Shown: positions 29,714 to 43,990 of the stretch, in pieces
Layout of the letters: every line of letters begins with the position of its first letter
Numbering within the stretch: position 1 is the first letter of the stretch
Assembly: GCA_964016885.1 (NCBI GenBank)
Contig: OZ024745.1
Span: forward strand, 90,954,001 to 91,018,000
Length of the DNA: 64,000 bases
Source of the DNA: Eledone cirrhosa
Taxonomy: Eukaryota
Direction: 5' to 3'
The notes under the pieces: model-generated
Told to the model about the DNA's origin: nothing
The model's input: only the letters and a program-made list of their open reading frames with translations
The model's database searches: none
Made by a program: the position numbers and the translations under genes

Positions 29714-32700
29714 TAAACAACATTGCAAGCCCACTGAAAGAGTTCTAAACAACATTGCAACCCCAATAAAAGTGTTTTAAACAACATTGGAAGCCCACTG
29801 AAAGAGTTTTAAACAACATTTCAAGCCCACTAAAACTGTTTTAAAAAACATTGCAAGCCCACTGAAAGAGTTTTAAACCACATTGCAAGCCAACTGAAAG
29901 AGATTTTAAACAACATTGCAAGCCCTCTGAAAGAGTTTTTGCAAGCCCACTTTTAAACAACATTGCAAGCTCACTGAAAGAGTTTTAAACAACATTGCAA
30001 ACCCACTGAAATAGTTTTAAACATCATTGGAAGTCCACTGAAAGTGTTTTAAACAACATTGCAAGCCCAGTGAAAGAGTTTTAAACAACATTGCAAGCCC
30101 ACTAAAAGAGTTTTAAACAACATTGCAAGCTCACTAGAAGTGTTATAAACAACGTTGCAAGCCCACTGAAAGAGTTTAAAACAACATTGCTAACCCTCAA
30201 AGAGTTTTAAACAACATTGCAAGCCCACTGAGAGAGGTTAAACAACATTGCAAGCCCACTAAAAGTATTTTAACCAACATTGTAAGCCTACTGACAGAGT
30301 TTTAAACAAAATTGCAAGTCCTCTGAAAGAGTTTTAAAAAACATTGCAAGCCCACTGAAAGAGTTTTAAACCACATTGCAAGCCCACTTAAAGAGTTTAA
30401 AACAACATTGTAAGCCCACTAAAACTGTTTTAAACAACATTGCAGGACCACTAAAAGTGTTTAAAACAACATCGTAAGCCCACTAATAGCGTTTTAAACA
30501 ACATTGCAAACCCACTGAAAGAATTTTTAAACAACATTGCAAACACACTGAAAGTGTTTTAAGAAACATTGGAAGCCCACTGAAAGTGTTTTAAACAACA
30601 TTGCAAGCTCACTAAAAGTATTTTAATCAACATTGTAATCCCACTGACAGAGTTTTAAACAAAATTGCAAGCTCACTGAAAGAGTTTTAAACAACATTGC
30701 AAGCCGACTAAAAGTGTTTTAAATAACATTGCAAGCCCACTGAAAGAGTTTTAAACAACATTGCAAGTCCTCTGAAAGAGTTTTAAACAACATTGCAAGC
30801 CCACTTTTAAACAACATTGCAAGCCCACTAAAAGTGTTTTAATTAACATTGCAAGCCCACTGAAAGAGTTTTAAACAACATTGCAAGTCCTCTGAAAGTG
30901 TTTTAAACAACATTGCAAGCCCACTAAAAGTGTTTTAAACAACATTGGAAGCCCACTAAAATTGTTTAAAACAACTTTGCAATGCCACTGAAAGAGTTCT
31001 AAGTAACATTGCAAGCCCACTGAAAGTGTTTTAAACAACATTGCAAACCGACTGAAAGAGTTTTAAACAACATTGGAAGCCCACTGAAAGAGTTTTAAAC
31101 AACATTGCAAGCCCACTTTTAAACAACGTTGCAAGACCTCTGAAAGAATTTTGTACAACATTGCAAGCCCAGTAAAAGTGTTTTAAACAACATTACAAGC
31201 CTACTGAAAGTGTTTTAAACCACATTGCAAGTCAACTGAAAGAGATTTTAAACAAAATTGCAAGCCCTCTGAAAGAGTTTTTGCAAGCCCACTTTTAAAC
31301 AACATTGCAAGCTCACTGAAAGAGTTTTAAACAACATTGCAAACCCACTGAAATAGTTTTAAACAACATTGGAAGTCCACTGAAAGTGTTTTAAACAACA
31401 TTGCAAGCCCAGTGAAAGAGTTTTAAACAACATTGCAAGCCCACTAAAAGAGTTTTGAACAACATTGCAAGCTCACTAGAAGTGTTATAAACAACGTTGC
31501 AAGCCCACTGAAAGAGTTTAAAACAACATTGCTAACCCTCAAAGAGTTTTAAACAACATTGCAAGCCCAGTTTTAAACAACATTGCAAGGCCAATAAAAG
31601 TGTTTTAAACAACATTGCAAGCCCACTGAGAGAGTTTTAAACAATATTGCAAGCCTACTGAAAGTGTTTTAAACAACATTGTAAGCCCACTGAAAGAGGT
31701 TAAACAACATTGCAAGCCCACTAAAAGTATTTTAACCAACATTGTAACCCTACTGACAGAGTTTTAAACAAAATTGCAAGCTCACTAAAAGTGTTTCAAA
31801 CAACATTGCAAGCCCACTGAAAGAGTTTTAAAAAACATTGCAAGCCCACTGAAAGAGTTTTAAACCACATTGCAAGCCCACTTAAAGAGTTTAAAACAAC
31901 ATTGTAAGCCCACTAAAACTGTTTTAAACAACATTGCAAGCCCACTAAAAGTGTTTAAAACAACATCGTAAGCCCACTAATAGCGTTTTAAACAACATTG
32001 CAAACCCACTGAAAGAATTTTTAAACAACATTGCAAACACACTGAAAGTGTTTTAAGAAACATTGGAAGCCCACTGAAAGTGTTATAAACAACATTGCAA
32101 GCTCACTAAAAGTATTTTAATCAACATTGTAGTCCCACTGAAAGAGTTTTAAACAACATTGTAAGCCCACTGACAGAGTTTCAAACAAAATTGCAAGCTC
32201 ACTGAAAGAGTTTTAAACAACATTGCAAGCCCACTAAAAGTGTTTTAAACAACATTGGAAGTCCACTAAAATTGTTTAAAACAACTTTGCAATGCCACTG
32301 AAAGAGTTCTAAGTAACATTGCAAGCCCACTGAAAGTGTTTTAAACAACATTGCAAACCGACTGAAAGAGTTTTAAACAACATTGGAAGCCCACTGAAAG
32401 AGTTTTAAACAACATTGCAAGCCCACTAAAACTGTTTTAAACCACATTGTAAGCCCACTGAAAGAGTTTTAAACAACATTGCAATTCGACAAAAAGTGTT
32501 TTAAACAACACTGCAAGCCCACTGAAAGTGTTTTAAACAACATTGCAAGCCCACTAAAACTGTTTTAAACCACATCGTTAGCCCACTGAAAGAGTTTTAA
32601 ACAACATTGCAAGCCCACTGAAAGAGTTTTAAACAACATTGCAAGCCCACTAAAATTATTTTAATCAACATTGTAAGCCCACTGAAAGAGTTTTAAACAA

Positions 32701-35700
32701 CATTGCAAGCCCACTAAAAGCGTCTTAAAGAACATTGTAAGCCCACTGAAAGAGTTTTAAACAACATAGCAAGCCCTCTATAAGTGTTCTAAACAATAAT
32801 GCAAGCCCACTGAAAGTGTTTTAAACAAAATTTCAAGCCCAGTGAAAGAGTTTTATACAACATTGCAAGCCCACTAAAAGAGTTTTAAACAACATTGCAA
32901 GCTCACTAAAAGTGTTATAAACAACATTGCAAGCCCACTGAAAGAGTTTTAAACAACATTGCAAGCCCACTGAAAGAGTTTGAAACAACATTGCAAACAC
33001 ACTGAAAGAGTTTAAAACAACATTGCAAGCCCTCTAAAAGTGTTTTAAACGACATTGCAAGCCCGCTGAAAGAGTTTTGACCAACATTGCAAGCCCACTG
33101 AAAGAGTTTTAAAAAACATTGCAAGCCCACTTAAAGACTTTTAAACAATATTGCAAGCCCACTAAAAGAGTTTTAAACAACATTGGAAGCCCACTAAAAG
33201 AGTTTTAAACAACATTGCAAGCCCACTAAAAGTGTTTTAAACAACATTGCAAGCCCACTGAAAGAGTTCTAAACAACATTGCAAGTCCTCTGAAAGTGTT
33301 TTAAATAACATTGCAAGCCCACTAAAAGAGTTTTAAACAACATTGCAACCCCAATAAAAGTGTTTTAAACAACATTGGAAGCCCACTGAAAGAGTTTTAA
33401 ACAACATTGCAAGCCCACTAAAAGTGTTTTAAACAACATTGCATTGCAAGTCAACTAAAAGTGTTTTGAACAACATTGGAAGCCCATTAAAAGTGTATTA
33501 AACAACATTGCAAGCCCACTGAAAGAGTTTTAAACAACATTGTAAGCCCACTGAAAGAGTTTTAAACAACATTGTAAGCCCACTGAAAGAGTTCTAAACA
33601 ACATGGCGAGCCGACTGAAAGAGTTTTAAACAACATTGCAAGCCCACTAAAGGTATTTAAACAGCATTGCATTGCAAGCAAACTGAAAGAGTTTTAAACA
33701 ACATTGGAAGCCAACTAAGAGTGTTTTAAACAACAGTGCAAGCCCACTGCAAGTGTTTTAAACAACATTGCAAGCCCACTGAAAGAGTTTTAATCAACAT
33801 TGCAAGCCCACTGAAAGAGTTTTAAACAACATTGCAAGCCCACTGAAAGACTTTTAAACAACATTGCAAGTCCACTAAAAGTGTTTTAAACAACATTGTA
33901 AGCCCACTGACAGAGTTTTAAACAACATTGCAAACCCACTGAAAGAGTTTTAAACAACATTGAAAGCCCACTAAAAGAGTTTTAAACAACATTGCAAACC
34001 CACTGAAAGAGTTCTAAACAACATTGGAAGCACACTGAAAGAGTTTTAAACAACATTGCAAGCCCACTTTTAAACAACGTTGCAAGCCCACTGAAAGTGT
34101 TTTAAAGAACATTCCAAGCCCACTGAAAGTGTTATAAATAACATTGCAAGCCCACTGAAAGTGTTTCAAACAACAATGCAAGCCCACTAAAAGTGTTTTA
34201 AACAACATTGCATTGCAAGTCCACTAAAAGTGTTTTAAACAACATTGGACGCCCATTAAAAGTGTATTAAACAACATTGCAAGCCCACTGAAAGAGTTTT
34301 AAACAAGATTGCAAGCCCACTGAAATAGTTTTAAAAAACATTGCAAGCCCACTGGAAGAGTTTTAAACAACATTGCAAGCGCACTAAAAGTGTTTTAAAC
34401 AACATTGTAAGCCCACAAAAAGTGTTTTAAACAGCATTGCAAGCCCACCGAAAGAGTTTTGTACAACATTGTAAGCCCACAAAAAGTGTTTTAAACAACA
34501 TTGTAAGCCCACTGAAAGAGTTTTAAATAACATACCAAGCCCACTGAAAGTGTTTTAAACAAGATTGCAAGCCCACTGAAAGAGTTTTAAACAGCATTGC
34601 AACCACACTGAAAGGGTTTTAAAGAACATTGCAAGCCCACAGAGAGAGTTTTAAACAACATTGCAAGCCCACTAAAAGTGTTTTAAGCAACATTGCATTG
34701 CAAGCCCTCTGAAAGAGTTTTAAACAACATTGCAAACACACTGAACGACTTTTAAACAACTTTGCAAGTCCACTAAAAGTGTTTTAAACAACATTGCAAG
34801 CCCACTAAAAGTGTTTTAAACAACATTGCAAGCCCACTGACAGAGTTTTAAACAACATTGCAAACCCACTGAAAGAGTTTTAAACAACATTGAAAGCCCA
34901 CTAAAAGAGTTTTAAACAACGTTGCAAACCCACTGAAAGGGTTCTAAACAAGATTGGAAGCACACTGAAAGAGTTTTAAACAACATTGCAAGCCCACTTA
35001 CAAACAAGGTTACAAGCCCACTGAAAGTGTTTTAAAATACATTCCAAGCCCACTGAAAGTGTTATAAATAACATTGCAAGCCCACTGAATGTGTTTCAAA
35101 CAACATTGCAAGCCCACTAAAAGTGGTTTAAACAACATTGCATTGCAAGTCCACTAAAAGTGTTTTAAACAACATTGGAAGCCCATTAAAAGTGTATTAA
35201 ACAACATTGCAAGCCCACTGAAATAGTTTTAAAAACATTGCAAGCCCACTGAAAGAGTTTTAAACAACATTGCAAGCGCACTAAAAGTGTTTTAAACAAC
35301 ATTGTGAGCCCACTGAAAGAGTTTTAAACAACATACCAAGCCCACTGAAAGTGTTTTAAACAAGATTGCAAGCCCACTGAAAGAGTTTTGTACAACATTG
35401 TAAGCCCACAAAAAGTGTTTTAAACAACATTGCAAGCCCACTGAAAGAGGTTTACATAACGTTGCAACCCCACTGAAAGGGTTTTAAAGAACATTGCAAG
35501 CCCACAGAGAGAGTTTTAAACAACTTTGCAAGCCCACTAAAATTGTTTTAAGCAACATTGCATTGCAAGCCCTCTAAAAGAGTTTTAAACAACATTGCAA
35601 ACACACTGAAAGAGTTTTAAACAACATTGCAAGCCCACTGAAAGAGTTTTACACAACATTGTAAGCCCACTGAAAGAGTTCTAAACAACATGGCAAGCCG

Positions 35701-37914
35701 ACTGAAAGAGTTTTAAAAAACATTGCAAGCCCACTAAAAGTTTTTTAAACAGCATTGCATTGCAAGCAAACTGAAAGAGTTTTAAACAACATTGGAAGCC
35801 AACTAAGAGTGTTTTAAACAACAGTGCAAGCCCACTGAAAGTGTTTTAAACAACATTGCAAGCCCACTGAAAGAGTTTTAAACAACATTGCAAGCCCACT
35901 GAAAGAGTTTTAAACAACATTGCAAGCCCACTGAAAGACTTTTAAACAACATTGCATGTCCACTAAAAGTGTTTTAAACAACATTGCAAGCCAACTGAAA
36001 TAGTTTTAAAAAACATTGCAAGCCCACTGAAAGAGTTTTAAACAACATTGCAAGAGCACTAAAAGTGTTTTAAACAACATTGTAAGCCCACAAAAAGTGT
36101 TTTAAACAACATTGCAAACCCACTGAAAGAGTTCTAAACAACATTGGAAGCACACTGAAAGAGTTTTAAAAAACATTGCAAGCCCACTTTTAAACAACGC
36201 TGCAAGCCCACTGAAAGTGTTTTAAACAACATTGGACGCCCATTAAAAGTGTACTAAACAACATTGCAAGCCCACTGAAAGAGTTTTAAACAAGATTGCA
36301 AGCCCACTGAAATAGTTTTAAAAAACATTGCAAGCCCACTGGAAGAGTTTTAAACAACATTGCAAGCACACTAAAAGTGTTTTAAACAACATTGTAAGCC
36401 CACAAAAAGTGTTTTAAACAGCATTGCAAACCCACTGAAAGAGTTTTGTACAACATTGTAAGCCCACAAAAAGTGTTTTAAACAACATTGTAAGCCCACT
36501 GAAAGAGTTTTAAACAACAAACCAAGCCCACTGAAAGTGTTTTAAACAAGATTGCAAGCCCACTGAAAGAGTTTTAAACAGCATTGCAACCCCACTGAAA
36601 GGGTTTTAAAGAACATTGCAAGCCCACAGAGAGAGTTTTAAACAACATTGCAAGCCTACTAAAAGTGTTTTAAGCAACATTGCATTGCAAGCCCTCTGAA
36701 AGAGTTTTAAACAACATTGCAAACACACTGAAAGACTTTTAAACAACATTGCAAGTCCACTAAAAGTGTTTTAAACAACATTGCAAGCCCACTAAAAGTG
36801 TTTTAAACAACATTGTAAGCCCACTGACAGAGTTTTAAACAACATTGCAAACCCACTGAAAGAGTTTTAAACAACATTGAAAGCCCACTAAAAGAGTTTT
36901 AAACAACGTTGCAAACCCACTGAAAGAGTTCTAAACAACATTGGAAGCACACTGAAAGAGTTTTAAATAACATTGCAAGCCCACTTTTAAACAACATTGA
37001 AAGCCCACTAAAAGAGTTTTAAACAACGTTGCAAACCCACTGAAAGGGTTCTAAACAACATTGGAAGCACACTGAAAGTGTTTCAAACAACATTGCAAGC
37101 CCACTAAAAGTGTTTTAAACAACATTGGAAGCCCATTAAAAGTGTATTAAACAACATTGCAAGCCCATTGAAATAGTTTTAAAAAACATTGCAAGCCCAC
37201 TGAAAGAGTTTTAAACAACATTGCAAGCGCACTAAAAGTGTTTTAAACAACATTGTAAGCCCACAAAAGGTGTTTTAAACAGCATTGCAAGCCCACTGAA
37301 AGAGTTTTGTACAACATTGTAAGCCCACAATAAGTGTTTTAAACAACATTGCAAGCCCACTGAAAGAGTTTTAAACAACATTGTAAGCCCACTGAAAGAG
37401 TTTTAAACAACATTGCAAACCCACTGAAAGAGTTTTAAACAACATTGAAAGCCCACTAAAAGAGTTTTAAACAACATTGCAAACCACTGAAAGAGTTCTA
37501 AACAACATTGGAAGCACACTGAAAGAGTTTTAAACAACATTGCAAGCCCACTTTTAAACAACGTTGCAAGCCCACTGAAAGTGTTTTAAAAAACATTCCA
37601 AGCCCACTGAAAGTGTCATAAATAACACTGCAAGCCCACTGAAAGTGTTTCAAACAACAATGCAAGCCCACTAAAAGTGTTTTAAACAACATTGCATTGC
37701 AAGTCCACTAAAAGTGTTTTAAACAAGATTGCAAGCCCACTGAAATAGTTTTAAACAAGATCTCAAGCCCACTGAAATAGTTTTAAACAAGATTGCAAGC
37801 CCACTGAAATAGTTTTAAAAAACATTGCAAGCCTACTGGAAGAGTTTTAAACAACATTGTAAGCCCACTGAAAGAGTTTTAAACAACATACCAAGCCCAC
37901 TGAAAGTGTTTTAA

Positions 37915-38200
37915 ACAACATTGCAAGCCCACTAAAAGTGTTTTAAACAACACTTCATTGCAAGCCCACTGAAAATGTTTTAAACAACATTGCAAGCCCA
38001 CTAAAAGTGTTTTAAACAGCACTTCATTGCAAGCCCACTGAAAATGTTTTAAACAACATTGCAAGCCCACTAAAAGTGTTTTAAACAACACTTCATTGCA
38101 AGCCCACTGAAAGAGTTTTAAACAACATTGCAAGCCCACTAAAAGTGTTTTAAACAACACTTCATTGCAAGCCCACTGAAAATGTTTTAAACAACATTGC
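37915..38200 (+). repeat. 69-bp dimeric sub-array (32-bp + 37-bp monomer), four copies
   Basis: The variant CACTTCATTGC, not seen elsewhere, occurs at 37951, 38020, 38089 and 38158, an exact 69-bp spacing. Confidence 0.93.
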
Positions 38201-38929
38201 AAGCCCACTGAAAGAGGTTTAAACAACATTGCAACCCCACTGAAAGGGTTTTAAAGAACATTGCACGCCCACAGAGAGAGTTTTAAACAACATTGCAACC
38301 CCACTAAAAGTGTTTTAAGCAACATTGCATTGCAAGCCCTCTGAAAGACTTTTAAAAAACATTGCAAGCCCGCTAAAAGTGTTTTAAACAACCTTGTAAG
38401 CCCACTGAGAGAGTTTTAAACAACATGGTAAGCCGACTGAAAGAGTTTTAAACAACATTGCAAGCCCACTAAAGGTTTTTTAAACAGCATTGCATTGCAA
38501 GCAAACTGAAAGAGTTTTAAACAACATTGGAAGCCAACTAAGAGTGTTTTAAACAACAGTGCAAGCCACTGAAAGTGTTTTAAACAACATTGCAAGCCCA
38601 CTGAAAGACTTTTAAACAACATTGCAAGTCCACTAAAAGTGTTTTAAACAGCATTGCAAGCCCACTGAAAGAGTTCTAAACAACATTGGAAGCACACTGA
38701 AAGAGTTTTAAACAACATTGCAAGCCCACTTTTAAACAACGCTGCAAGCCCACTGAAAGTGTTTTAAAATACACTCCAAGCTCACTGAAAGTGTAATAAA
38801 TAACATTGCAAGCCCACTGAAAGTGTTTTAAACAACATTGCAAGCCCATTGAAAGAGTTTTAAACAACATTGCAACCCCACTGAAAGGGTTTTAAAGAAC
38901 ATTGCAAGCCCACAGAGAGAGTTTTAAAC

Positions 38930-41900
38930 AACATTGCAAGCCCACTAAAAGTGTTTTAAGCAACATTGCATTGAAAGCCCTCTAAAAGAGTTTTAAACAA
39001 CATTGCAAGCCACTAAAAGTGTTTTAAACAACCTTGTAAGCCCACTGAAAGAGTTTTAAACAACATTGGAAGCCCAGTAAGAGTGTTTTAAACAACAGTG
39101 CAAGCCCACTGAAAGTGTTTTAAACAACATTGCAAGGCCACTGAAAGAGTTTTAAGCAACATTGCAAGCCCACTAAAAGTGTTTTAAAGAACATTGCAAG
39201 CCCACTGAAAGAGTTTTAAAGAACATAGCAATTCAAGCCCACTGAAAGTGTTTTAAACAACATTGCAAGCACACTAAAAGAGTTTTAAACAACATTTCAA
39301 GCCCACTGAGAGAGTTTTAAACAACATTGCACGCCCACTGTAAGAGTTCTAAAGAGCATGGCAAGCCCACTGAAAGTGTTTTAAACAACATTGCAAGCCC
39401 ACTGAAAGAGTTTTAAAGAACATTGCAAGCCCACTGAAAGAGTTTTAAAGAACATTGCAAGCCCACTGAGAGAGTTTTAAACAACATTGCAAACCCACTG
39501 AAAGAGTTTTAAACAACATTGCAAGCCCACTGAAAGAGCTTTAAACAACATTGTAAGCACACTAAAACTGTTTTACACAACATTGCAAGCCCATTAAAAG
39601 TGTTTTAAATAACATTGGAAGCCCACTAAAGGTGTTTTAAACAACATTGCAAGCCCGCTGAAAGTGTTTTAAACAACATTACAAGCCCACTAAAATTTTT
39701 TAAACAACATTGCAGGCCCACTAAAAGTGTTTTAAACAACATCGCAGGCGCACTAAAAGTGTTTTAAACAACATTACAAACCCACTAAAAGTGTTTTAAA
39801 CAAAATTGCCGGCCCACTGAAAGTGTTTCAAACAACATTGCAAGTCCACTAAAAGTGTTTTCAACAACATTGGAAGCCCATTAAAAGTGTATTAAACAAC
39901 ATTGCAAGCCCACTGAAAGAGTTTTAAACAATACTGCAACCCCACTGAAAGTGTTTTAAACAACATTGCAAGCCCAGTAAAAGTGTTTTAAACAACATTG
40001 CAAGCCCACTAAAAGTCTTTTAAACAACATTGCAAGTCCAATAAAGTGTTTTAAACAACAATCCAAGCCCACTAAAAGTGTTTTAAACAACATTGCAAGC
40101 CCACTAAAAGTGTTTTAAACAACATTGCAAGCCCACTAAAAGTGTTTTAAACAACATTGAAAGCCCACTGAAACTGTTTGAAACAACATTGCACGCCCAC
40201 TAAAAGTGTTTTAAACACTAATGCAAGCCCACTGAAAGGGTTTTAAACAACATTGCAAGTCCAGTGAAAGAGTTTTAAAGAACATTGCAAGCCCACTGAA
40301 AGAGTTTTAAACAACATTGCAAGCCCAATGAAATAGTTCTAAAAAAAATTGCAAGCCCACTGAAAGAGTTTTAAACAACATTGTAAGCCCACAAAAAGTG
40401 TTTTAAACATTGCAAGACCACTGAAAGAGTTTTGAACAACATTGTAAGCCCAGAAAAGGTGTTTTAAACAACATTGCAAGCCCACTGAAAGTGTTTTAAA
40501 CATCATTGCAAGGCCACTAAAAGTGTTTTAAACAACATTGCATTGCAAGCCCACTGAAAGAGTTTTAAACAACATTGCAAGCCCACTGAAAGAGTTTTAA
40601 ACAACATTGCAAGCCCAATGAAATAGTTCTAAAAAAAATTGCAAGCCCACTGAAAGAGTTTTAAACAACATTGTAAGCCCACAAAAAGTGTTTTAAACAT
40701 TGCAAGACCACTGAAAGAGTTTTGAACAACATTGTAAGCCCAGAAAAGGTGTTTTAAACAACATTGCAAGCCCACTAAAAGTGTTTTAAACAATATACCA
40801 AGCCCACTAAAAGTGTTTTAAACAACATTGCAAGCCCACTAAAAGTGTTTTAAACAACATTGCAAGCCCACTAAAAGTGTTTTAAACAACATTGCAAGCC
40901 CACTGAAAGTGTTTTAAACAACATTGCAAGCCCACTGAAAGTGTTTTAAACAACATTGCAAGCCCACTAAAAGTGTTTTAAACAACATTGCATTGCAAGC
41001 GCACTAAAAGTGTTTTAAACAACATTGTAGCCCACTAAAAGTGTTTTAAACAACATTGCATTGCAAGCACACTGAAAGAGTTTTAAACAACATTGAAACC
41101 CCACTGAAAGAGTTCTAAACAACAGTGCAAGCCCACTGAAAGTGTATTAAACAACATTGCAAGCCCACTGAGAGAGTTTTAAACAACATTGCAAGCCCAC
41201 TGAAAGAGTTTTAAAGAACATTGCAAGCCCACTGAAAGAGTCTTAAAGAACATCGCATTCCAAGCCCACTGAAAGTGTTTTAAACAACATTGCAAGCCCA
41301 CTGAAAGAGTTTTAAACAACATTTCAAGCCCACTGAGAGAGTTTTAAACAACATTGTACGCCCACTGAAAGAGTTCTAAAGAACATGGCAAGCCCACTGA
41401 AAGTGTTTTAAACAACATTGCATTGCAAGAACACTGAAAGAGTTTTAAACAACATTGCAAGTCCACTAAAATTGTTTTAAACAACATTGTAAGCCCACTG
41501 AAAGAGTTCTAAACAACATGGCAAGCCGACTGAAAGAGTTTTAAACAACATTGCAAGCCCACTAAAGATTTTTAAACAGTATTGCATTGCAAGCAAACTG
41601 AAATAGTTTTAAACAACAGTGCAAGCCCACTAAAAGTGTTTTAAACAACATTGCAAGCCCACTGAAAGAGTTTTAAAGAACATTGCAAGCCCACTAAAAG
41701 TGTTTTAAGCAACATTGCATTGAAAGCCCTCTAAAAGAGTTTTAAACAACATTGCAAGCCACTAAAAGTGTTTTAAACAACCTTGTAAGCCCACTGAAAG
41801 AGTTTTAAACAACATTGGAAGCCCAGTAAGAGTGTTTTAAACAACAGTGCAAGCCCACTGAAAGTGTTTTAAACAACATTGCAAGGCCACTGAAAGAGTT

Positions 41901-43990
41901 TTAAGCAACATTGCAAGCCCACTAAAAGTGTTTTAAAGAACATTGCAAGCCCACTGAAAGAGTTTTAAAGAACATAGCAATTCAAGCCCACTGAAAGTGT
42001 TTTAAACAACATTGCAAGCACACTAAAAGAGTTTTAAACAACATTTCAAGCCCACTGAGGGAGTTTTAAACAACATTGCACGCCCATTGTAAGAGTTCTA
42101 AAGAGCATGGCAAGCCCACTGAAAGTGTTTTAAACAACATTGCAAGCCCACTGAAAGAGTTTTAAAGAACATTGCAAGCCCACTGAAAGAGTTTTAAAGA
42201 ACATTGCAAGCCCACTGAGAGAGTTTTAAACAACATTGCAAACCCACTGAAAGAGTTTTAAACAACATTGCAAGCCCACTGAAAGAGCTTTAAACAACAT
42301 TGTAAGCACACTAAAACTGTTTTACACAACATTGCAAGCCCATTAAAAGTGTTTTAAATAACATTGGAAGCCCACTAAAGGTGTTTTAAACAACATTGCA
42401 AGCCCGCTGAAAGTGTTTTAAACAACATTACAAGCCCACTAAAATTTTTTAAACAACATTGCAGGCCCACTAAAAGTGTTTTAAACAACATCGCAGGCGC
42501 ACTAAAAGTGTTTTAAACAACATTACAAACCCACTAAAAGTGTTTTAAACAAAATTGCCGGCCCACTGAAAGTGTTTCAAACAACATTGCAAGTCCACTA
42601 AAAGTGTTTTCAACAACATTGGAAGCCCATTAAAAGTGTATTAAACAACATTGCAAGCCCACTGAAAGAGTTTGAAACAATACTGCAACCCCACTGAAAG
42701 TGTTTTAAACAACATTGCAAGCCCAGTAAAAGTGTTTTAAACAACATTGCAAGCCCACTAAAAGTCTTTTAAACAACATTGCAAGTCCAATAAAGTGTTT
42801 TAAACAACAATCCAAGCCCACTAAAAGTGTTTTAAACAACATTGCAAGCCCACTAAAAGTGTTTTAAACAACATTGCAAGCCCACTAAAAGTGTTTTAAA
42901 CAACATTGCATTACAAGCCCACTGAAAGAGTTTTAAAGAATATACCAAGCCCACTGGAAGTGTTTTAAACAACATTGTAAGCCCACTAAAAGTGTTTTAG
43001 ACAACATTGCAAGCCCTCTAAAAGTGTTTTAAGCAACATTGTAAGCCAACTGAAAGTGTTTTAAACAATATTGCACGCCCACTGAAAGAGTTTTAAAGAA
43101 CATTGCAAGCCCACTAAAAGTGTTTTAAACAACATTGCAAGCCCACTAAAAGTGTTTTAAACAACATTGAAAGCCCACTGAAACTGTTTGAAACAACATT
43201 GCACGCCCACTAAAAGTGTTTTAAACACTAATGCAAGCCCACTGAAAGGGTTTTAAACAACATTGCAAGTCCAGTGAAAGAGTTTTAAAGAACATTGCAA
43301 GCCCACTGAAAGAGTTTTAAACAACATTGCAAGCCCAATGAAATAGTTCTAAAAAAAATTGCAAGCCCACTGAAAGAGTTTTAAACAACATTGTAAGCCC
43401 ACAAAAAGTGTTTTAAACATTGCAAGACCACTGAAAGAGTTTTGAACAACATTGTAAGCCCAGAAAAGGTGTTTTAAACAACATTGCAAGCCCACTGAAA
43501 GTGTTTTAAACATCATTGCAAGGCCACTAAAAGTGTTTTAAACAACATTGCATTGCAAGCCCACTGAAAGAGTTTTAAACAACATTGCAAGCCCACTGAA
43601 AGAGTTTTAAACAACATTGCAAGCCCAATGAAATAGTTCTAAAAAAAATTGCAAGCCCACTGAAAGAGTTTTAAACAACATTGTAAGCCCACAAAAAGTG
43701 TTTTAAACATTGCAAGACCACTGAAAGAGTTTTGAACAACATTGTAAGCCCAGAAAAGGTGTTTTAAACAACATTGCAAGCCCACTAAAAGTGTTTTAAA
43801 CAATATACCAAGCCCACTAAAAGTGTTTTAAACAACATTGCAAGCCCACTAAAAGTGTTTTAAACAACATTGCAAGCCCACTAAAAGTGTTTTAAACAAC
43901 ATTGCAAGCCCACTAAAAGTGTTTTAAACAACATTGCAAGCCCACTGAAAGTGTTTTAAACAACATTGCAAGCCCACTGAAAGTGTTTTA
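38930..43990 (+). repeat. 2749-bp duplication (offset becomes 3010 after an extra ~261-bp block in the second copy)
   Basis: TTGAAAGCCCTCTAAAAG occurs at 38971/41720 and the GGCCC of TTGCCGGCCC at 39811/42560 (offset 2749). AAACTGTTTG occurs at 40171/43181 (offset 3010). Confidence 0.9.
40280..40780 (+). repeat. 290-bp (9-monomer) local duplication, repeated at ~43290-43790 and ~45440-45940
   Basis: AAATAGTTCTAAAAAAAATT occurs at 40331/40621, 43341/43631 and 45488/45778. 290 = 9x32 + 5 (CATTG insertion) - 3 (deletion). Confidence 0.9.
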
